Source: Candidatus Omnitrophota bacterium (lineage in GTDB: Bacteria; Omnitrophota; Gorgyraeia; B26-G9). From it: a DNA stretch of 64,000 bases. The notes beneath the pieces are model-generated. The model saw only the letters and a program-made list of their open reading frames with translations. It was not told the DNA's origin and searched no databases. Made by a program: the position numbers and the translations under genes. Of this stretch, positions 57,637 to 64,000 are shown piece after piece. The DNA is taken from NCBI GenBank assembly GCA_043826565.1, contig JBDRPX010000021.1, positions 18,022 to 82,021 of the forward strand, written 5' to 3'. Positions within the stretch are counted from its first letter, which is position 1, and each line of letters opens with the position of its first letter.

Positions 57637-60600
57637 ATGAAGCATATGCATTTCCCCGGGAAACAAGGATTATACGACCCGCAGTTTGAAAAAGATTCTT
57701 GCGGAGTAGGGTTTATCTGTAATATTAAGGGCAAAAAAAATAATAGTATTGTTAAGGATGGACTAACGATTCTTCGGCGCTTATCTCATCGCGGTGCGGT
57801 GGGAGCTGACCCGAACACCGGAGACGGAGCGGGGATTCTTATTCAGACGCCGCATGAATTTTTTAAAAAAATAGCAGAGCAGGAAAAAATCAAACTTCCG
57901 GAACCGGGGCAATACGGAAGCGGAATTGTCTTCTTTCCTACCGATAAAAAAGAAAGAGAGTTTTGCAAAGAATTATTTGACAAAGTTATTAAAGAGGAAG
58001 GACAGATACTGCTGGGCTGGCGCAATGTCCCGGTAGATAACTCCGACATCGGAGAATCGGCTAAACAAACGCAGCCGGTTATCGAACAGATATTTATTAA
58101 GAAGAACCGCAAAGACCAGGACCCTCTTGATTTTGAGCGGACTCTTTATGTCGTTAGGAAAAAATTAGAAAACCGTGTCGGTGCTTCTAATATCAAACAG
58201 AAAAAATATTTTTATATTACAAATCTTTCCTTCCGCACTTTTTCTTATAAAGGATTATTAATGCCGGAGCAGGTAGAGAGTTTTTTTCTTGACCTGCAGG
58301 ATGAAAGCCTCAAGAGCGCGATTGCCTTAGTGCATTCCCGTTACAGTACGAATACCTTCCCTTCATGGGATTTAGCCCAGCCGTTTCGCTTCTTAGCGCA
58401 TAACGGAGAGATTAATACTTTACGCGGCAATACTAATTGGATGAGGGCAAAAGAAGGATTGCTGCAAAGTGAATTATTCGGGGAAAAGATCAGCTCAATT
58501 AAGCCGATTATTATCCCGGGCGGCAGTGATTCCGCGGCCCTGGATAATGTGTTGGAATTGCTGGTACTTTCCGGCAGATCTTTACCTCATGCAATGGCGA
58601 TGCTGATACCGCCGGCCTGGGAACAGAATAATCTGATGAATAATCAGCTGAAGGATTTTTATAAATATCATACCTGTTTAATGGAGCCGTGGGACGGACC
58701 GGCGGCAGTTGCGGTAACTGATGGAATTCGGGTGAGCGCGGTATTAGACAGAAACGGACTGCGTCCGGCGCGGTATATCGTAACTAAAGACGATTGCATT
58801 GTCATGGGCTCAGAAGTAGGAGTGTTGGATATTAAACCGAAGAATATTCTAATTTCCGGAAGGATTGAACCCGGAAAGATGCTTTATATTGATACGGAAG
58901 AAGGACGAATTATCCAGGACGAAGAAGTAAAAGAAAAAATGTCTAGCATCAAACCTTATGTCCAGTGGGTTAAGGATGAGATTGTTGATCTTGATCAGGT
59001 TAAAGAAGGGAAACCCGTAGCCGCGGAAAAGGAAAATATCCTTAAACGGATGAAGGTTTTTGGTTACACCCGGGAAGACCTGCGCATGATCATAAAGCCG
59101 ATGGCGGAAAACGGACAGGAACCAACCGGTTCGATGGGTAATGATACCCCGCATGCGATATTATCCCAGCATCCACAGCTGCTTTACAATTATTTTAAAC
59201 AGTTATTTGCCCAGGTCACTAACCCGGCGATTGATCCGATCCGGGAAGAACTGGTTATGAGTTTTGAATGTTATATGGGAGGCCGAAAGAATCTTCTGGA
59301 TGAAACTCCGGAGCATTGTCATAAAGTTCATTTGCCGCAGCCGATATTGACGAATGAAGAACTGGCGAAAATTCGTGATCTTAATGAAAAAAGATTTACC
59401 ACAAAGACAATATCGCTTCTTTTTAAGGCCGGGTCGGAAAAAGAATTCATGCATACGCTTAATAGTATTTGCTTTGAGGCCAGACAGGCAATCGATGAAG
59501 GATATACTTTTATAATTTTAAGCGACCGCGGAGTTAACGAAGAATATGCGGCAATACCTGTGCTTTTAGCGGTTGGCGCGGTGCACCAGCATTTAGTTAA
59601 AGACGGGTCCCGTTCGCAGATTGCCTTGATCATTGAAAGTGCCGAACCCAGAGAAGTGCATCATTTTGCTGTTTTGTTTGGTTTTGGTGCCGGATGTGTT
59701 AATCCGTATCTTGCCTATGAAACAATTGATAATATGATTCAGGAAAAAGTTCTGGATATTGATTTTAAGGCCGCTCAGAAAAATTATATCAAAGCGATAA
59801 ATAAAGGAATTAAGAAAGTCCTCTCCAAGATGGGGATCTCGACATTGCAGGGATACCGCGGCGCGCAGATATATGAAATATTAGGTTTGAATGAAAAAGT
59901 TGTCGAACGCTGCTTTGCCGGAACGGTATCCCGTATCGGCGGGGCCGGGTTTGAAATTATTGAGGCAGAAACTGTTATCCGCCACAAGCAGGCTTACCCG
60001 GAAAGGCAAACAGAAAAAGAAATGCTTAATAGCGGAGGCCTTTACCAGTGGCGCAAAGACGGAGAATTTCATCTCTGGAATCCGGAAAGCATCGCGCTTT
60101 TGCAGGATGCCACGCGTTTAAATGATTATGCTAAATATAAAGAATTCGCGGCAAGTATTAATGATCAGTCCAAAGCGCCGGCGACTTTGCGCGGTTTGCT
60201 TAAACTAAAAAAAGTTAAGCCGATCTTTATAAATAAAGTTGAACCGGTCGAGGAAATTTTTAAACGTTTTGCTACCGGAGCAATGAGTTTTGGTTCGATA
60301 AGTAAAGAGACGCATGAATCTTTGGCCATTGCCATGAACCGTATCGGGGGCCGTTCCAATACCGGAGAAGGCGGAGAAGATACCGAGCGTTTTATTCCTT
60401 TGCCAAACGGTGATTCCCGGCGCAGTGCGATCAAACAGATCGCGTCCGGCAGGTTTGGTGTGACCACGAATTATTTAGTTAATGCCGATGAATTACAGAT
60501 AAAGATCGCACAGGGTGCTAAACCCGGAGAAGGCGGACAGCTGCCCGGGCATAAGGTCAGCGCGATCATTGCCAAGACCCGCTATACTACTCCGGGAGTT

Positions 60601-62166
60601 ACCTTGATCTCACCGCCTCCGCATCATGATATTTATTCGATCGAAGATCTGGCGCAGTTGATCTTTGATCTGAAAAATGTAAATCCCAAGGCCCGCGTTA
60701 GCGTGAAACTGGTTTCTGAGGTCGGAGTCGGAACGATTGCCGCCGGTGTGGCTAAAGGTTACGCGGATATGATCTTAATTTCCGGAGGTGACGGAGGAAC
60801 CGGAGCTTCTCCGATGAGTTCAATCCGTCATGCCGGGCTTCCCTGGGAATTAGGGCTTTCGGAAACACATCAGACCTTAGTATTGAATGATCTGAGAAGC
60901 CGGGTGCGTTTGCAGACAGACGGGCAATTGCGTACCGGCCGGGATGTAGCGATCGCCGCTTTACTCGGCGCGGAAGAATACGGGTTCTGTACCGCGGCTT
61001 TGGTTATCTTAGGATGTGTAATGCTCAGGCATTGTCATCTTAATAATTGTTCTGCCGGTGTTGCTACGCAGGATGAAATATTAAGAAAGCGTTTTAAGGG
61101 AAGGCCGGATTATGTTGTGAATTTTTTCCATTTTGTCGCACAAGAATTGCGCGAGATCATGGCGGAACTAGGTATAAAGACGATTGATGAGATGGTGGGA
61201 AGAACTGATCTTTTAGAAGTTAATAAAGAAATTATTCCGTGGAAAGCAAAAGAGATAGATTATTCCCGGATTCTTTATAAACCGCAGGTCGGTAAAGAAG
61301 TGGGAGTATATTGTCAGCATAAGCAGGAACATAAGATCGCGGATATTTTGGATAGAAAACTTATTGAACTGGCCAAACCTGCTTTGGAAAAAGCAAAAGC
61401 AGTAAAAAAAACAGTGGAGATACAGAATTCCGACCGCACTGTCGGCGCGATGTTAAGCGGCGAGCTTGTACGGCATCAGGGAGAAAGCGGATTGCTCGAA
61501 GATACGATTCATTTTAAATTCAACGGAGTTGCCGGACAGAGTTTTGGGGCCTGGTTAATGAAAGGGATCACTTTTGAGCTTGAAGGCTTAGCGAATGATT
61601 ATGTCGGTAAAGGAATGTTTGGCGGCAAGATAATTGTTTATCCGGATAAAAAGAGTTCCTATCTAGCGGAGGAAAACAGCCTTATCGGTAATACGACTTT
61701 TTACGGCGCGATCCGGGGAGAAGCTTATATCCGCGGATTAGCCGGTGAGCGATTCTGTATCCGCAATTCCGGATTATACGCGGTTGTCGAAGGTGTCGGC
61801 GATCACGGCTGTGAATATATGACCGGAGGAAGAGTTGTTATCCTGGGTAAGACCGGAAGAAATTTTGGGGCCGGAATGAGCGGCGGGATTGTGTATGTAT
61901 ATGATGAAGATAATACATTTAAAGATAGATGTAATATGAGCATGGTGGAATTAGACATCCCTGATGAAGAAGATAAGAGTGTTATTTATAATCTTGTGCG
62001 TAATCATCTGAAATATACGGACAGCCTCCGGGCCAAGAAAGTTCATGATGATTTTGAAACAGAACTTAAAAAATTTATAAAAGTAATGCCTTTGGAATAT
62101 AAGAGAATATTAGAACAAAAGAAATTAGCCGAGAGTCTTGGTGTTTCGGAGATGACTGATGGGTGA
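57637..62166 (+). CDS. gltB: Glutamate synthase large subunit
   Basis: KDSCGVGF, HSRYSTNT, EPWDGPA, AQGAKPGEGGQLPG and EGVGDHGCEYMTGG. Confidence 0.97.
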   Translation: MKHMHFPGKQGLYDPQFEKDSCGVGFICNIKGKKNNSIVKDGLTILRRLSHRGAVGADPNTGDGAGILIQTPHEFFKKIAEQEKIKLPEPGQYGSGIVFFPTDKKEREFCKELFDKVIKEEGQILLGWRNVPVDNSDIGESAKQTQPVIEQIFIKKNRKDQDPLDFERTLYVVRKKLENRVGASNIKQKKYFYITNLSFRTFSYKGLLMPEQVESFFLDLQDESLKSAIALVHSRYSTNTFPSWDLAQPFRFLAHNGEINTLRGNTNWMRAKEGLLQSELFGEKISSIKPIIIPGGSDSAALDNVLELLVLSGRSLPHAMAMLIPPAWEQNNLMNNQLKDFYKYHTCLMEPWDGPAAVAVTDGIRVSAVLDRNGLRPARYIVTKDDCIVMGSEVGVLDIKPKNILISGRIEPGKMLYIDTEEGRIIQDEEVKEKMSSIKPYVQWVKDEIVDLDQVKEGKPVAAEKENILKRMKVFGYTREDLRMIIKPMAENGQEPTGSMGNDTPHAILSQHPQLLYNYFKQLFAQVTNPAIDPIREELVMSFECYMGGRKNLLDETPEHCHKVHLPQPILTNEELAKIRDLNEKRFTTKTISLLFKAGSEKEFMHTLNSICFEARQAIDEGYTFIILSDRGVNEEYAAIPVLLAVGAVHQHLVKDGSRSQIALIIESAEPREVHHFAVLFGFGAGCVNPYLAYETIDNMIQEKVLDIDFKAAQKNYIKAINKGIKKVLSKMGISTLQGYRGAQIYEILGLNEKVVERCFAGTVSRIGGAGFEIIEAETVIRHKQAYPERQTEKEMLNSGGLYQWRKDGEFHLWNPESIALLQDATRLNDYAKYKEFAASINDQSKAPATLRGLLKLKKVKPIFINKVEPVEEIFKRFATGAMSFGSISKETHESLAIAMNRIGGRSNTGEGGEDTERFIPLPNGDSRRSAIKQIASGRFGVTTNYLVNADELQIKIAQGAKPGEGGQLPGHKVSAIIAKTRYTTPGVTLISPPPHHDIYSIEDLAQLIFDLKNVNPKARVSVKLVSEVGVGTIAAGVAKGYADMILISGGDGGTGASPMSSIRHAGLPWELGLSETHQTLVLNDLRSRVRLQTDGQLRTGRDVAIAALLGAEEYGFCTAALVILGCVMLRHCHLNNCSAGVATQDEILRKRFKGRPDYVVNFFHFVAQELREIMAELGIKTIDEMVGRTDLLEVNKEIIPWKAKEIDYSRILYKPQVGKEVGVYCQHKQEHKIADILDRKLIELAKPALEKAKAVKKTVEIQNSDRTVGAMLSGELVRHQGESGLLEDTIHFKFNGVAGQSFGAWLMKGITFELEGLANDYVGKGMFGGKIIVYPDKKSSYLAEENSLIGNTTFYGAIRGEAYIRGLAGERFCIRNSGLYAVVEGVGDHGCEYMTGGRVVILGKTGRNFGAGMSGGIVYVYDEDNTFKDRCNMSMVELDIPDEEDKSVIYNLVRNHLKYTDSLRAKKVHDDFETELKKFIKVMPLEYKRILEQKKLAESLGVSEMTDG

Positions 62167-63607
62167 TGTAAAAGGATTCTTAAAAATTAAACGCCGAAAA
62201 TCAGAATACCGCCCGATGTGTGAGCGGGTTAAAGATTTTAAAGAAGTTACGAAACTTCGCGATGACGCGCATTCTCAGGAACAGGCTTCCCGATGCATGG
62301 ATTGCGGAACACCGTTTTGTCAGTGGGCCTGTCCGGTGGCAAACCATATCCCGGAATGGAACGACCTTGTTTATCGGGGGCGTTGGAAGCAGGCGTTTGA
62401 ATTGCTGCAGTCAACGAATAATCTGCCGGAAATTACCGGACGCATTTGTCCGGCTTTGTGTGAATATTCCTGTGTGCTGGGAATAAATGATGACGCGGTA
62501 ACTATACGTGAAGATGAACTGGCGATAATCGAGCATGCGTTTAAACAGGGATATGTCCAGCCTAATCCGCCTCAAATACGTACCGGGAAAAAAGTAGCAA
62601 TTATTGGTTCCGGGCCCGCAGGTTTAGCCTGTGCGGATCAGTTAAATAAAGCCGGGCACCAAGTGAGTTTGTTTGAAAAAGATGAGAAGATCGGCGGGCT
62701 TTTGCGTTATGGTATCCCGGATTTTAAGCTGGAAAAAGATTTGCTGGAGCGCCGATTGGATATTTACAAAAAAGAAGGTATTCAATTAAAACCCGGAGTT
62801 GATGTGGGTAAAGATATTACTGCCGAACAATTAAAAAAAGATTTTGACGCGATTTGTTTAACCGGAGGTTCCCGCGAGCCGCGCGATCTGAAAATTCCCG
62901 GACGGGAATTAAACGGGATTCATTTTGCCATGGAGTTCCTTACTCAGGCGAATGTGCGTGTGGATGGCAAAGATATTCCCAGTGCCGAAGCAATTAATGC
63001 TAAGGCTAAGAGTGTAGTGGTTATCGGCGGCGGAGATACCGGAGCGGATTGCGTTGGGGTAGCGAATCGTCAGGGAGCGGGTTGTGTTGTGCAGATCGAA
63101 GTTTTGCCTAAGCCGCCTTTAAACCGGACTGAAGATTTTCCCTGGCCGCAGTATCCGATGTTATTAAAGACTTCTACCAGTCATGAAGAAGGCGGAGAGC
63201 GTCACTGGGCGGTTCTGACCAAATGTTTTAGCGGAGAGAACGGGCAGGTTAAAAAAATTGAGTGTGTACAGGTTGAATTTGTTAAAGAAGAAGGCAGTCC
63301 GCGCCCCGTAATGCGGGAAGTTCCGGGTAGTGAGTTTGAGATAGATGCGGATCTGGTTATTTTAGCAGTCGGGTTCTTACATCCGGAACACAATACTTTA
63401 TTATCCGATCTAAAGGTTGAGTTTGATGAGCGGGGGAATGTAAAGACGGATGAAACTTTCATGACCGGTCAAAAAGGTGTTTTCGCGGCTGGTGATCTGC
63501 GCCGCGGGCAGTCTTTAATTGTCTGGGCGATTTCCGAGGGCCGAAAAGCCGCGCATTATATGGATACTTATTTAATGGGCGAGGAAAGCACTTTAGCGAA
63601 GATGTAA
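62159..63607 (+). CDS. gltD: Glutamate synthase small subunit
   Basis: RCMDCGTPFC, GSGPAG, GGGDTGADC and GDLRRGQSLIVWAISEGR. Confidence 0.97.
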   Translation: MGDVKGFLKIKRRKSEYRPMCERVKDFKEVTKLRDDAHSQEQASRCMDCGTPFCQWACPVANHIPEWNDLVYRGRWKQAFELLQSTNNLPEITGRICPALCEYSCVLGINDDAVTIREDELAIIEHAFKQGYVQPNPPQIRTGKKVAIIGSGPAGLACADQLNKAGHQVSLFEKDEKIGGLLRYGIPDFKLEKDLLERRLDIYKKEGIQLKPGVDVGKDITAEQLKKDFDAICLTGGSREPRDLKIPGRELNGIHFAMEFLTQANVRVDGKDIPSAEAINAKAKSVVVIGGGDTGADCVGVANRQGAGCVVQIEVLPKPPLNRTEDFPWPQYPMLLKTSTSHEEGGERHWAVLTKCFSGENGQVKKIECVQVEFVKEEGSPRPVMREVPGSEFEIDADLVILAVGFLHPEHNTLLSDLKVEFDERGNVKTDETFMTGQKGVFAAGDLRRGQSLIVWAISEGRKAAHYMDTYLMGEESTLAKM

Positions 63608-63614
63608 TTCATAC

Positions 63615-63645
63615 GGGTGGTTCTTAATCGAACCACCCTTTTTTT
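63615..63645 (+). terminator. Intrinsic terminator after gltD
   Basis: GGGTGGTTC/GAACCACCC followed by T7. Confidence 0.88.
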
Positions 63646-63779
63646 ACTGGTTCCGCATTATATTTTGACAATTCTTTTGCTTAAGCCGTATAATAATATA
63701 ATAGTTTTAAAAATAAAAAAAAAGTTCGCCTATTAATTGTTGGGAAAAAATATAATAATTATGAAAGTGGAGGTGAAAT

Positions 63780-64000
63780 ATGAAAAAATTGGATGTAATA
63801 ATAGGTATAATTATCCTGATCGCTGCAGTATTAACAACAAACTATGCGCCGGCGCAAAGTGTCAGCGGGGATTATTATCTTACCATGGGATCTTTAAGAA
63901 TAGATTATGAATATTTGCAAAGCTGGAAAAGCAGGAGGATAAATTCCGGAAATATATTAGGATGTAAAGTTATCGAACATAGAACATTTAATACCGAAAG
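63780..64000 (+). CDS. Exported protein, N-terminus only (runs off the window)
   Basis: SD GGAGG and MKKLDVIIGIIILIAAVLTTNYAPAQ signal peptide. Frame is open to the window end. Confidence 0.7.
   Translation, partial: MKKLDVIIGIIILIAAVLTTNYAPAQSVSGDYYLTMGSLRIDYEYLQSWKSRRINSGNILGCKVIEHRTFNTE

Overview
A gene-dense, moderately AT-rich bacterial chromosome segment from a diderm, probably anaerobic organism (TonB receptors, PEP-CTERM protein, porin). Candidatus Omnitrophota/PVC is my unverified guess. From left to right it carries: tetrapyrrole genes (hemA, hemC, cobA-hemD, ahbC/nirJ-like) with an embedded REC-GAF-HD-GYP gene; trkA; a TPR-SpoIID protein; an AbiEii/HTH module; an mgtC gene between 119-bp direct repeats; rpmB; a large, apparently exported glucan-phosphorylase-like protein; a Fur/PerR-led oxidative/nitrosative stress cluster between two TonB receptors; a sulfur-assimilation/Cys/Met cluster with an Rrf2 regulator; and a nitrogen-assimilation region (small sigma factor, porin-amtB-PII, GSIII, Fis-like HTH, gltBD). 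The non-coding DNA is the most interesting part. (1) ANTAR-type hexaloop hairpins overlap intrinsic terminators in the leaders of the sigma gene, amtB and GSIII. An identical bipartite motif, GGTTACCAAA-N11-TTTACTTGTA, precedes amtB and GSIII. Together these suggest an undescribed antitermination plus alternative-sigma feed-forward nitrogen circuit. (2) A strongly covarying two-hairpin element sits directly against the Shine-Dalgarno sequence of four unrelated genes. (3) Several other dispersed REP-like or heptamer-repeat elements and candidate operators are present. No rRNA, tRNA, CRISPR array or transposase was seen. All product calls come from motif recognition by eye, not database searches.
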